Assembly (NCBI GenBank): GCA_945861275.1
Contig: CAMATZ010000017.1
Coordinates: forward strand, 9,753-73,752
Origin: Bordetella parapertussis
GTDB lineage: Bacteria > Pseudomonadota > Gammaproteobacteria > Burkholderiales > SG8-41
DNA length: 64,000 nt
Direction: 5' to 3'
Below, one piece after another: positions 20,160 through 28,322 of this stretch. The notes below the pieces were generated by a model. It was not told the DNA's origin. It was given only the letters and a program-made list of their open reading frames with translations, and made no database searches. Position 1 is the stretch's first letter, and the number at the start of each line of letters is the position of its first letter. The translations under genes were made by a program, and so were the position numbers.

Positions 20160-20974
20160 ACCAGACGCTTTCGCAACCAGCTACTCAATTGATCGAGCGC
20201 AGTCACGACGATCAGAATCAGCGCGATGATGGTAAACAAGCGGGAAAAATCCAGCAGGTCCATGCTGTTCTTGAGTTCCATCCCGATCCCGCCGGCACCA
20301 ACCACGCCCAGTACAGTGGAGGCGCGGACATTGAACTCCCACCAGAATAATGTGGTCGAGAGCAGCACCGGGAGGACATCGGGCAGTAACGCATACACAA
20401 TCGCGGTATAACGTCCAGCGCCGGTGGTACGCACTGCTTCCAGCGGACCCAGTTGCGCATTCTCAATATGATCGGCGAAAAATTTGGCCGCGCTGCCCCA
20501 GGTATGCAAGGCAATCCCTAGCACGCCGGCGAACGGCCCCAGGCCCACGGCCGCGACGAACAACAGCGCAAATACAAAGGAATCGATGCCGCGCAGCGCG
20601 TTCAGAAACCAGCGCGCCGGGTAGTAGAGGCGCGGGAAAGGCGTAATGTTGCGGCTGGCCAGCACCGCCATTGGAATCGCCAGCACTGTCGCGAACGTGG
20701 TGCCGATGGCCGCCATCGCCACCGTCTCGGCGATGCGCAGCGTGAACAGCGGTAACTCATCCAGCCTCGGGGGCCATGCCTGCGCCAGCCAGTGACCGAG
20801 CTTGGGCAAGCCGGTCACCAGCTTTAGTGGATCAATCTGCGCCAGTTGCCAGCAAATGACGTAAAAGGCGAAGATGACTATGAGCATCGCGGCCAGCTTC
20901 CAGCGACCGCGTGCGTTGCTGCGCAGCCCGGCTGCAAGTAGAAGCCGGGCGCGCTCGGCGCCTTCGGTAGACAC
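20156..20974 (-). CDS. phnE: phosphonate-type ABC transporter permease (PhnE family)
   Basis: 272 aa, six TM. PhnE-family C-terminal motifs. Confidence 0.75.
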   Translation of the reverse strand: MSTEGAERARLLLAAGLRSNARGRWKLAAMLIVIFAFYVICWQLAQIDPLKLVTGLPKLGHWLAQAWPPRLDELPLFTLRIAETVAMAAIGTTFATVLAIPMAVLASRNITPFPRLYYPARWFLNALRGIDSFVFALLFVAAVGLGPFAGVLGIALHTWGSAAKFFADHIENAQLGPLEAVRTTGAGRYTAIVYALLPDVLPVLLSTTLFWWEFNVRASTVLGVVGAGGIGMELKNSMDLLDFSRLFTIIALILIVVTALDQLSSWLRKRLV

Positions 20975-21127
20975 TCGCTACCACTTTGGCTTAATTTTGC
21001 CCACCGCGATGCCTGCCTTTTCGACAGCCGCGTAAGACGCATGGCGAGCGGCTACGAATCCGGTGTAGCGGGTCGGTAGCAGTGTCTTGGCCTGCTCCAC
21101 CGAAATCGAGGTAAGAATTTTTTGCAC
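20975..21127 (-). pseudogene. remnant of a PhnD-family substrate-binding protein gene (last ~50 codons only)
   Basis: Frame ...TGFVAARHASYAAVEKAGIAVGKIKPKW* ends where phnE starts and resembles PhnD C-termini. It is bounded upstream by a stop codon. Only ~180 bp remain before the next gene. Confidence 0.4.
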
Positions 21128-21309
21128 CTATGCGCTGAATGCTGCTGTTTTTCCCAATATCAGACAAAGTCTACGGCAGAAGGCGGCAACTTACAACAAA
21201 GCGCTGTAGGCAGTGAATTTGGAAAAAGCCGGCTACGCATTCACCCATTGCAGATGCGCTGCGAGCGCATCGAAACTGTAATCGAGGCCACGCGGCGTGT
21301 GTGGTGGGG

Positions 21310-22458
21310 TCAATCGCGCGCTGCTGGCAGGCTGGTTTTACGCATGAGAAAACCACTGCCGAACAACATGGCCGCACTCGACAAAAATACCGTTGAGAAC
21401 CCGAATGCCGCGCCCACGCCACTGAAGACGACTGGAACCACCCACTGCACGAGGTTATAGGCGGTTCGCAGCAGACCCAATGATTCCGCCACGCGGCCCG
21501 GCGGGGTCAGCACGTAAATCAACGACATCGACAACGGGTTGGCGCAGCCCACCCCAAGTCCCAGCAGGAAGGCGATGGCCGCCAGCGCATAGGGATTCGC
21601 CACAAACGGCAGCAACACGAAGGTAACTGCCGAGACAAAAACGGCAGTGGTCAGAATCCCGGCTTCAGTCCATTTTTTCATCAGCAATGGAATGACGCTG
21701 CGGATCACAAAAGCTGCCCCCGCCACTACCCCGATGATGGTGCCTATCGCAGAGGCCGAAAGGCCGAGCGAATGGCCATAGATCGGGAAATAGAACGAAA
21801 ATAAATTTTGGGCCGAGTGTATGACGGCGCTGATTATAAAAATCGTGCGCAGACCCGGCATGCGCCAAAGTTCGAGTACGCTGCCGCGTGTTTCTTTGCC
21901 GGCAGGCGCAGCCGTTTTGGGCAGCAATCCCGGCTTAAACCAAAATACCAGAATAGGCGGTACGGAAAATGCCGCCAGCACCCAGAAGACCTGCGCATGG
22001 CCGATGTAATCGATCGCGAATCCCGTGATGACCGGCCCGATACCATTGGCGAGTGACCACCCCATGCTGAGCAAGGCAAAGTTAGCGGTACGTTTTCCCG
22101 GTCCGCCGATGCCGCCTATGCTGGCCTCCAGCGGAATCATGAAAACCAGATGCGTCAATCCCAAAGCAATGCATGACACATAGAGCACCGCAATACCGGG
22201 AAACAGCGGCGGCAAAAGCAACGCTAACCCCATGCCAATAACGCCGATGAGCAGAGGCAGCCGTGGCCCGACACGATCCACAAATTGTCCAACGGCAATC
22301 GCCAACAGCATCGGAAACACCGAGTAGAGCGCTACCAATACGCCTATCGCGAACTGATTTGCACCCAATTCCAGGGCATACAGCGACACCGCAATGCGGC
22401 TGCCATTGAAGCCGATCTGGCTCAGAATGCCCATTAAAATAATCAGGTAAATCGTCAT
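21310..22458 (-). CDS. MFS transporter
   Basis: ~383 aa from MTIYLIILMG..., 12 predicted TM segments. Confidence 0.65.
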   Translation of the reverse strand: MTIYLIILMGILSQIGFNGSRIAVSLYALELGANQFAIGVLVALYSVFPMLLAIAVGQFVDRVGPRLPLLIGVIGMGLALLLPPLFPGIAVLYVSCIALGLTHLVFMIPLEASIGGIGGPGKRTANFALLSMGWSLANGIGPVITGFAIDYIGHAQVFWVLAAFSVPPILVFWFKPGLLPKTAAPAGKETRGSVLELWRMPGLRTIFIISAVIHSAQNLFSFYFPIYGHSLGLSASAIGTIIGVVAGAAFVIRSVIPLLMKKWTEAGILTTAVFVSAVTFVLLPFVANPYALAAIAFLLGLGVGCANPLSMSLIYVLTPPGRVAESLGLLRTAYNLVQWVVPVVFSGVGAAFGFSTVFLSSAAMLFGSGFLMRKTSLPAARD

Positions 22459-22648
22459 TTGCGCAAACGGGACAATAGCCGTGAAAACGATTGCGTCTGT
22501 GTCCGGCGCAAATCTTTTGGCCACTGGATAGTGGCATCGTGGTGTGCATATTTTAGCACTTTGAACATTCGCAACAGGTTTGCGCGCGGGCAATCGCGGC
22601 GGATTCGGCGAGGTTAAGCGTAGACTTGCACATTCACAGGAACCACCC

Positions 22649-24088
22649 ATGAGCATCACGTCTCAAACTACGCGACCAATGTCCATCACCGGCCCGCTGG
22701 CGCGATTTGCAAGCGAATGGCGGTGGGAGGATATCCCTGCCACCGTGCGTCACGAGGCCAAACGTTCATTGCTGAATTTTTTCGCGGTGGCGCTGGGCGG
22801 CTGCAACGACCCTACCATTGCGAAGGCAGCTGCCGTGCTGCACCGTTTTCGCGCCAGTGAAGTGGCGACGGTGATAGGCCGCAGCGAACGCACCGACTTG
22901 CTCAATGCCGCTGCGCTCAACGCTATGAGCGCCAACGTCTATGACTTCGACGATACCCACATTCCCACCATCATTCATCCGACGGCGCCGGTGGCCTCTG
23001 CGCTGCTGGCGCAGGCGCAGTCCGCACCGATCACCGGGATGCAATGGCTGCTCGCTTTTGTGCTGGGTGTCGAAGTTGAATGCCGCATCGGTAACGCGAT
23101 TTCACCCGGCCACTACAACCGGGGCTGGCACATTACATCGACCTGTGGCGTGTTTGGTGCTGCCGCTGCGAGCGGACGCGCACTGGGACTGGACGCGCAG
23201 GGCATGGCCTGGGCCTATGGCAACGCTGCGGCGCAAGCCTGCGGTCTGGTGGAAACGCTGGGCACCATGTCCAAGAGCGTGAGCGTAGGCAACGCCGCCC
23301 GCAACGGGCTGTTGTCAGCGATTCTCGCGCAGGCGGGCTTTGATGGGCCGGCGGCGCCGCTCGAAGGCGTGCGTGGTTTTCTTAACGTCACCGGCGAAAA
23401 TCCCGACTTTGCGAGCGTGATCGAAGGCTTGGGGCAACGCTGGGAATTGACCAACAATACCTACAAGCCTTATCCCTGTGGCGTAGTGCTTAATCCGGTG
23501 ATTGAAGCCTGTCTACGTCTGCACGAGGACAGCGCACTTGAGTTGCCTTGCGTCGAGCGTATCGAGGTCACCGGCCACCCGTTGTTGCGCCAGCGTACCG
23601 ACCGCCCCGGCGTGCGCACGGGACGTGAATCGCAGGTCAGCGTGCAACATGCCGTACCCATCGCATTGATGACAGGACGGGCCGGGTTGGAAGAATTTAG
23701 CGATGCTGCGGTGTCGCTACCGGCAGCACAGGCGTTGGGGCGCAAGGTCTGCATGATCGACGACCCATCGCTGTCCATTGATGCAGCGCGCGTGGTGATT
23801 ACGCAAACGGGCGGCAAGACGTTAATGGCTGCTATCGACTTCGCGCGCGGCAGCCTCGACAAGCCGCTGACTGACCGCGAGTTGGAAGTGAAGCTGATGG
23901 AACTGTGCCGGTATGGCCGCTCCGGCTGCGCCGCAGAACCGCTGATCGATGCGGTGTGGGCGTTGGATCGCGCGCACGATGCGGGCGCGCTGATGGTCCT
24001 GGCGCAGGGTGCGGCACACCGAGTAGCCATCGAACACCCGGGATCCTTACTGTGCGATTACCGGAATCTCGATAAACGAAGGCGTTGA
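22649..24088 (+). CDS. MmgE/PrpD family protein (2-methylcitrate dehydratase-like)
   Basis: AGGA RBS. ~479 aa with PrpD-family sequence throughout. Confidence 0.75.
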   Translation: MSITSQTTRPMSITGPLARFASEWRWEDIPATVRHEAKRSLLNFFAVALGGCNDPTIAKAAAVLHRFRASEVATVIGRSERTDLLNAAALNAMSANVYDFDDTHIPTIIHPTAPVASALLAQAQSAPITGMQWLLAFVLGVEVECRIGNAISPGHYNRGWHITSTCGVFGAAAASGRALGLDAQGMAWAYGNAAAQACGLVETLGTMSKSVSVGNAARNGLLSAILAQAGFDGPAAPLEGVRGFLNVTGENPDFASVIEGLGQRWELTNNTYKPYPCGVVLNPVIEACLRLHEDSALELPCVERIEVTGHPLLRQRTDRPGVRTGRESQVSVQHAVPIALMTGRAGLEEFSDAAVSLPAAQALGRKVCMIDDPSLSIDAARVVITQTGGKTLMAAIDFARGSLDKPLTDRELEVKLMELCRYGRSGCAAEPLIDAVWALDRAHDAGALMVLAQGAAHRVAIEHPGSLLCDYRNLDKRRR

Positions 24089-25873
24089 TTCGCCATGGTG
24101 CACCACGTTTCTGGCGACCCGGATATCCGCCTCGGTGTCGTTGGCGAGCACGGGATTACCGCTGTTGGTATTGCGCGCACGGCGAGGAAAATTGCTGCTG
24201 GTGACATCGACCTCGATGCGGTTGCCGGCGCGGATGGTGTGATGAATGTGAGCGAGGTTGATGGTCAATGGGTAGATGCGATCGGCTTCCAGGTGCTGCG
24301 CGACGGGCGAGGGCAAATCCCGATACATTGCGCGCACTACACCATCCATCAACAACATTGCACGGCCATCTGCTTCGACTTCGATCAGCTTGGCGACAAA
24401 ATCGGTATCCGGGCAATCCGACTGCACATGCAGCGTGACGCGAACCTGGCCGGCGATGGTGAGATCCGCGGTCAGGACCTCGCTGCGATAGATGAGCCCG
24501 TAATCCGGCAGCGCTTGGGCAGGGCGCTGATCACGCGGCCCGGCATCGATCAGCATGTTGCGCCCGCCAAGTGTCGGGATGGGGTGGTGCGGATCGTAGG
24601 TGTAGCAGCGCGCTGAGCCGCCGGGCGCGGAAGCCGACAAGCTGCCATCGCCACACAGATAAAACCGCTGCGGCGCCGCACCGGGCGGCGGCCAGCGTTC
24701 GGCGTAGCGCCAGTCATTGGCCACATAAGTGCTGCGATTTTCCACCCAGGCGCGCGGGGAATAGAACACCGCGGGTCGTTGCATGATTCCAGTCTGCTCA
24801 CCCTTCAACCAGTAATCGAACCATTCGAAGTAAGGGTCGCGCGGCCAGAATTGGTTCTCGTAAATAAAGTAGTGGTCGTTGGGGCCGATCCACAGCAACT
24901 GATTGCCGGCGCGTGATTGAATGTCGCTGAATGCCGCGATCACGCTCGTCTGAAAGATGTCATACCAGGTGGTGGCGTGAAATCCGGGAATCTCGATGCT
25001 GCGACGGAAATTGTGCTGAGCGCGAAAAGTGTCAGACGCAGGATGCGTAATGATCTCGTCCAGAAAAGGCTGCCAGGTGGAAAAATCCGGGTAGTGCGAC
25101 AGCGGCAGGCGCATCCAGTCCTCGCTGCCAACAAAGGGCAGGCTCGTGCGGCAGGCCGATTCCAGCCGCGCGTAACGCGCGTTGGCCGCAGTGGCAGCCT
25201 GATCCAGGTCTGCCGCGCTGATGCCGAGTTTGCGCATGATGGCTGTACGGTGCGACTGCGACAGGCCTGGAATATTCTTCGCCACCCATAACCACAGCCG
25301 TTCCATCTCGATTGCGTTGCCCTCGTAGACCACGTCGTCGTAGATGCTGGATGCGCCGACTTGCGCGAAAAAGGCGCGCAGGCTGGGGTGACGCTGGGAG
25401 GCTGCAGCAAACGTCGTTGTAGCACCCGCCGATGAACCGGACATGCCTATCATTCGATTGCACCAGGGCTCACTTGCGATCCACTCCAGCGTGTCGTAAC
25501 CGTCCGCGGCATCGTCTGCGTACACATGGTCTTCGCCTTCGGACGCGTAGCGCCCGCGCGTGTCCTGGTAGACGGCCACGTATCCCTGCGTGACGATATT
25601 CCTGTAGCCTCGCAGAATGGAGCCGCGCATCGGCGCAGCGGCGCTCGGCAGCCAGCCTTGTGTGCAATCGGTGTGCGCTGTGCCCTCGGACGCAGTGCTG
25701 CCAGTGATAGCAGTGATACCAGTGATACCAGTGATACCATAGGGCGTGCGTTGCAGGATCACGGGAAATCGCGGCCCACCCGTCGGCGGCAGATAAACGA
25801 AAGTGTTGAGCTTTACGCCATCGCGCATCGGCACGCTGGCCTGAAACATTCGCACGCCGTTGAAACTTTGCAT
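24047..25873 (-). CDS. CocE/NonD family alpha/beta hydrolase (X-Pro dipeptidyl-peptidase S15-like) with a (GIT)n repeat insertion
   Basis: RTPYG motif. ~600 aa with C-terminal beta-sandwich. Start chosen at MQSFNG. Confidence 0.7.
   Translation of the reverse strand: MQSFNGVRMFQASVPMRDGVKLNTFVYLPPTGGPRFPVILQRTPYGITGITGITAITGSTASEGTAHTDCTQGWLPSAAAPMRGSILRGYRNIVTQGYVAVYQDTRGRYASEGEDHVYADDAADGYDTLEWIASEPWCNRMIGMSGSSAGATTTFAAASQRHPSLRAFFAQVGASSIYDDVVYEGNAIEMERLWLWVAKNIPGLSQSHRTAIMRKLGISAADLDQAATAANARYARLESACRTSLPFVGSEDWMRLPLSHYPDFSTWQPFLDEIITHPASDTFRAQHNFRRSIEIPGFHATTWYDIFQTSVIAAFSDIQSRAGNQLLWIGPNDHYFIYENQFWPRDPYFEWFDYWLKGEQTGIMQRPAVFYSPRAWVENRSTYVANDWRYAERWPPPGAAPQRFYLCGDGSLSASAPGGSARCYTYDPHHPIPTLGGRNMLIDAGPRDQRPAQALPDYGLIYRSEVLTADLTIAGQVRVTLHVQSDCPDTDFVAKLIEVEADGRAMLLMDGVVRAMYRDLPSPVAQHLEADRIYPLTINLAHIHHTIRAGNRIEVDVTSSNFPRRARNTNSGNPVLANDTEADIRVARNVVHHGESTPSFIEIPVIAQ
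25702..25737. repeat. tandem 9-bp repeat (CAGTGATAC x4) inside the CocE/NonD CDS, encoding GIT/AIT repeats
   Basis: Four direct 9-mer copies are visible. Repeat length is a multiple of 3, so any copy-number change stays in frame. Confidence 0.6.
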
Positions 25874-26291
25874 CACGCGGTCTCCACTGTCCGGCAATAG
25901 CGCAGCTCTATAGCCGACTGCGCCGCTGCGCATCCTGTTACCTGGACTGCATTATGTGACGATTGCCTACTTGGCTAAGCACAATCTCCTATGCCTAAAT
26001 GCAATGGGTATTCCGCGAATTGAAATTCCCTTGACGCGCGAAAAATCTTCCGGCAGACTGCGCGCCCTTGGACGAAGCCCTAGAATGCTCCACCGCACAC
26101 GACCATGATGATTACGCGCTTATACGGAATACTCGCGGTATCGCTGCCTGCGCTGCGAGGCGCACGCACGCCCATTTTTGACAATCTATGCCACGAGCCA
26201 AAAAGCGGCTATGCCGCGCAGCGCGAAGATCAGACTCAGAGTCCGGAAGATGGCGGTTAGCCAGTAGACCGCACAGGTTTCACATCCAGCC

Positions 26292-26322
26292 CGGACAGCG
26301 TGATGCTCTCCGGGCTTTTTGT
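26292..26322 (+). terminator. rho-independent terminator-like hairpin (CCCGGA...TCCGGG followed by CTTTTTGT)
   Basis: Stem plus T-run. Sequence-related to the hairpin at 26976-27012. Confidence 0.45.
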
Positions 26323-26331
26323 ATTCCGGGC

Positions 26332-26520
26332 TTAGCTGACCATCAACAAGTCGGTCAGCCGGCAGTCCAGCGCCGTCAGTAAAGCACCAACCACGGCTGA
26401 ATTGAAGTGGCTGGATTTGCCGTCAATGATGCGGCCAAGTTGCGATTCTGAAATGTTGACACCCAGGGCCTTGAGCCTGCGGCTCAGGGCGGAGACGGAA
26501 CGGATGCCCCGTTCCGCCAT
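26332..26520 (-). CDS. small XRE-family helix-turn-helix transcriptional regulator (62 aa)
   Basis: MAERGIRSVSALSRRLKALGVNISESQLGRIIDGKSSHF... shows a typical Cro/C1-type HTH. Confidence 0.55.
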   Translation of the reverse strand: MAERGIRSVSALSRRLKALGVNISESQLGRIIDGKSSHFNSAVVGALLTALDCRLTDLLMVS

Positions 26521-26627
26521 AACCACACGGGCGCGCCATTTTAGCCGGCACGGCTTGATAGATGACTTTGTTGCCTTAGCTACCATTAGATCGACCCTCA
26601 CAAATCGATAAGCGGAGTGTAGCAGTT

Positions 26628-26659
26628 TTTGCATAATATGCAAAATATTTGCATAAAAT
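26628..26659. promoter_or_regulatory. operator-like palindrome TTTGCATA-A-TATGCAAA plus a half-site TTTGCATAAAAT, immediately upstream of a TTGACA-N17-TAAAGT promoter-like element
   Basis: Perfect 8-1-8 inverted repeat in the divergent intergenic region between the XRE gene and the 26754 ORF. Confidence 0.4.
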
Positions 26660-26753
26660 GATTGACAAGGCATTTTCTGTCCGATAAAGTCGCGCCCCAG
26701 ATGAGAGACGAGTGGTCTCTTTAACTTTTACCCAAGGCATAACGAGTTCAACC

Positions 26754-26948
26754 ATGACAACCGTACTGCACAAACGCATAGCGCAACGGCTATCCAGCCG
26801 TCAGGGGCGCATTACGTCCGTCCAGCCGTGGTGCGGTATGGATCGACTCGTCGCCGCGTTCGCGATCACGTCCGCGCCCAATCATGGTTATGGATTAGAG
26901 CGTGATACGTGTACTGCGTGTGCAATTTGGGAGAGATTGAGGATGTAA
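26754..26948 (+). CDS. hypothetical small protein (64 aa)
   Basis: ORF downstream of the promoter-like element and followed by a terminator hairpin. No recognizable domain. Confidence 0.3.
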   Translation: MTTVLHKRIAQRLSSRQGRITSVQPWCGMDRLVAAFAITSAPNHGYGLERDTCTACAIWERLRM

Positions 26949-26975
26949 GTAAGCCTCAGTCTCAAAGCTGCAACA

Positions 26976-27012
26976 AGCCCGGATTGCACCGCAAGGTCTC
27001 CGGGCTTTTTGT
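26976..27012 (+). terminator. rho-independent terminator-like hairpin (CCCGGA...TCCGGG followed by CTTTTTGTTTT)
   Basis: Stem plus T-run directly before the first tRNA-like gene. Confidence 0.5.
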
Positions 27013-27026
27013 TTTGGAAATGAGTT

Positions 27027-27120
27027 GCATGGTTGGCCGAGTGGCCAGAGTAACCAAGGACGCCTGCCTGTAGAGCAGGATTCGTAAAGAACAACGGTGG
27101 TTCAAATCCATCACCATCCA
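27027..27120 (+). tRNA. tRNA-Tyr(GUA)-like, class II; probably degenerate (C2:C71 mismatch, over-long D-loop)
   Basis: Hand fold: GAGTGGCCAGAG D-loop resembles tRNA-Tyr. Anticodon stem CCTGC/GCAGG, loop CTGTAGA, long variable arm, T-arm GGTGG-TTCAAAT-CCATC. Confidence 0.35.
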
Positions 27121-27122
27121 CC

Positions 27123-27199
27123 GCCCCGCTGGCGGAACAGGCATACGCGCCGGTCTTAGAAACCGGTTTTTCCGAGTTCGAATCTCGGGTGGGGCACCA
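27123..27199 (+). tRNA. tRNA-like, anticodon UAG (Leu) in a class-I (short variable arm) body
   Basis: Acceptor GCCCCGC/GTGGGGC, disc A, encoded CCA. Anticodon arm CCGGT-CTTAGAA-ACCGG. T-arm CCGAG-TTCGAAT-CTCGG. Confidence 0.5.
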
Positions 27200-27361
27200 A
27201 GTTTTTGCAGTAACCGCGCCGGCATAGCGACCGGGGAACGCGGATTGATCTTTAACAATATGGATGTGGTTAACAGTCTGTTGTCGCCCGGCGAGGCGGG
27301 CAGCCGTGTCTTCGGGCAGGGCGGCTTTGTTCCTCGCCGGGCAGGGCAGCAGATGTATTAA

Positions 27362-27437
27362 GCAGACATAGCTCAGTTGGAAGAGCGCGACGCCGCCAGC
27401 GTCGAGGCCGCGAGTTCGAGACTCGCTGTCTGCTCCA
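27362..27437 (+). tRNA. tRNA-Gly(GCC)-like with C32C33 in the anticodon loop (CCGCCAG)
   Basis: Near-identical architecture to bacterial tRNA-Gly(GCC). Perfect acceptor and T-arm. Loop TTGCCAA changed to CCGCCAG. Confidence 0.6.
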
Positions 27438-27440
27438 TAC

Positions 27441-27515
27441 GAACCGTTCGACTTCGGGTGAAGTCTCGAGCCTTTCAAGCTCGCAAGATGGGTTCAACTC
27501 CCATACGGTTCGCCA
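27441..27515 (+). tRNA. tRNA-Glu(UUC)
   Basis: Perfect 7-bp acceptor, loop CTTTCAA, 4-nt variable region, disc G, encoded CCA. Confidence 0.7.
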
Positions 27516-27521
27516 GTTTAA

Positions 27522-27609
27522 GGAAGGCAATCCCGGCGTGGGCTGGGCGCGGTCTTGAAAACCGATGGAGCCGCGAGGCTTGGAGTTCGACTCTACCTGC
27601 CTTCCGCCA
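27522..27609 (+). tRNA. tRNA-Ser(UGA)-like, class II; weak T-stem, possibly a pseudogene
   Basis: Acceptor GGAAGGC/GCCTTCC, anticodon loop CTTGAAA, long variable arm. T-stem has only 3 of 5 pairs. Confidence 0.4.
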
Positions 27610-27616
27610 AGAAATT

Positions 27617-27692
27617 ATCCCCGTAGCTCAGCGGATAGAGCAGCGGATTACGAATCCGCAGGCCGCAGGTTTAAATCCTGCCGGGGATGCCA
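27617..27692 (+). tRNA. tRNA-Arg(ACG)
   Basis: Acceptor ATCCCCG/CGGGGAT, D-arm GCTC-AGCGGATA-GAGC, loop TTACGAA, T-arm GCAGG-TTTAAAT-CCTGC, CCA. Confidence 0.7.
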
Positions 27693-27769
27693 GCATGCGA
27701 CGCGGCTGCAGTATGGCCCGATCGGACCTCACACCGATCGTACCGGCAACGGTAGCGTCGACCACAAAG

Positions 27770-27862
27770 GGAGAGATGGCCGAGCGGTTTAAGGCGCTTG
27801 CCTGCTAAGCAAGAGCTGTCTGAAAAGATGGCGCCAGGGTTCAAATCCCTGTCTCTCCGCCA
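27770..27862 (+). tRNA. tRNA-Ser(GCU), class II
   Basis: Acceptor GGAGAGA/TCTCTCC, D-arm GCC-GAGCGGTTTAA-GGC, loop CTGCTAA, 21-nt variable arm, CCA. Confidence 0.7.
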
Positions 27863-27876
27863 GCGTTGTTTTGCAG

Positions 27877-27947
27877 TGCCCTTGCCGCTCCTCCTCCGCG
27901 GCAAAGGGTGTTTTGCCGCGGCGCAATGCCGCGGTTTTTTTGGGGCG
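27877..27947 (+). terminator. two consecutive hairpins; the second (GCCGCGGCGCAATGCCGCGG followed by TTTTTTT) is a canonical rho-independent terminator
   Basis: GC-rich stems; the second is followed by a T7 run. Located inside the tRNA array. Confidence 0.5.
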
Positions 27948-28019
27948 TTAGCTTAGTAGGCCGAAAGCATCTGATTGTCGATCAGAAGATCGCGGGTTCA
28001 ACTCCCGCACGCCTCGCCA
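27942..28019 (+). tRNA. tRNA-Asp(GUC)-like
   Basis: Acceptor GGGGCGT/ACGCCTC, loop TTGTCGA, T-arm GCGGG-TTCAACT-CCCGC, disc G, CCA. Confidence 0.55.
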
Positions 28020-28035
28020 GTTTTCTGTCTGAACG

Positions 28036-28071
28036 GATGGCTTCTGCGTTCGAATCGCAGGTGTCGTACCA
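28036..28071 (+). pseudogene. orphan tRNA 3' fragment (T-arm CTGCG-TTCGAAT-CGCAG, acceptor 3' strand, ACCA) with no matching 5' half
   Basis: Perfect T-arm and CCA end, but no complementary 5' acceptor strand upstream. Confidence 0.3.
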
Positions 28072-28072
28072 T

Positions 28073-28150
28073 GCCCCTGTAGCTCAACGGAACCAGAGCA
28101 CGCGGCTTCTACCCGCGCTGATGCGGGTTCGAATCCTGCCAGGGGCGCCA
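28073..28150 (+). tRNA. tRNA-Arg(UCU)
   Basis: Acceptor GCCCCTG/CAGGGGC, anticodon arm CGCGG-CTTCTAC-CCGCG, T-arm GCGGG-TTCGAAT-CCTGC, CCA. Confidence 0.65.
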
Positions 28151-28157
28151 CATTACC

Positions 28158-28233
28158 GGTTCGGTAGCTCAGCAGGCAGAGCAACGGGCTCATAACCCGG
28201 AGGTCCCAGGATCGTAGCCTGGCCGAACCACCA
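28158..28233 (+). tRNA. tRNA-Met(CAU). It has the initiator-like CGGG/CCCG anticodon stem and CTCATAA loop but a G1-C72 pair and an odd T-loop ATCGTAG
   Basis: The hand fold closely parallels E. coli tRNA-fMet in the anticodon arm and variable region. The T-loop lacks T54 and A58. Confidence 0.5.
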
Positions 28234-28240
28234 CCATTAC

Positions 28241-28317
28241 GCTGTCGTAGCTCAGTTGGCAGAGCAGCCGCCCTGTAAGCGGAAGCGCGTCCGTTCGATT
28301 CGTGACCGACAGCACCA
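28241..28317 (+). tRNA. tRNA-Thr(UGU)-like with C32C33 (loop CCTGTAA) and a degenerate T-arm; likely pseudogene
   Basis: Perfect acceptor GCTGTCG/CGACAGC and Thr-like D-arm. The T-stem does not pair. Confidence 0.4.
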
Positions 28318-28322
28318 GTAAC

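Noticed and set aside
22082-22549. 155-aa minus-strand ORF
   Set aside because: Alternative frame inside the MFS transporter gene. The MFS frame gives 12 TM segments, and this one gives a Cys/His/Arg-rich nonsense product.
25450-25740. GIT-repeat region considered as a collagen-like or separate small gene
   Set aside because: It is in frame within the CocE/NonD hydrolase. Only four triplet-peptide repeats. No independent start signals.
26332-26673. Longer 113-aa version of the XRE regulator ORF
   Set aside because: The N-terminal 50 codons overlap the operator and promoter region and lack similarity to anything. The HTH domain is fully contained in the 62-aa version.
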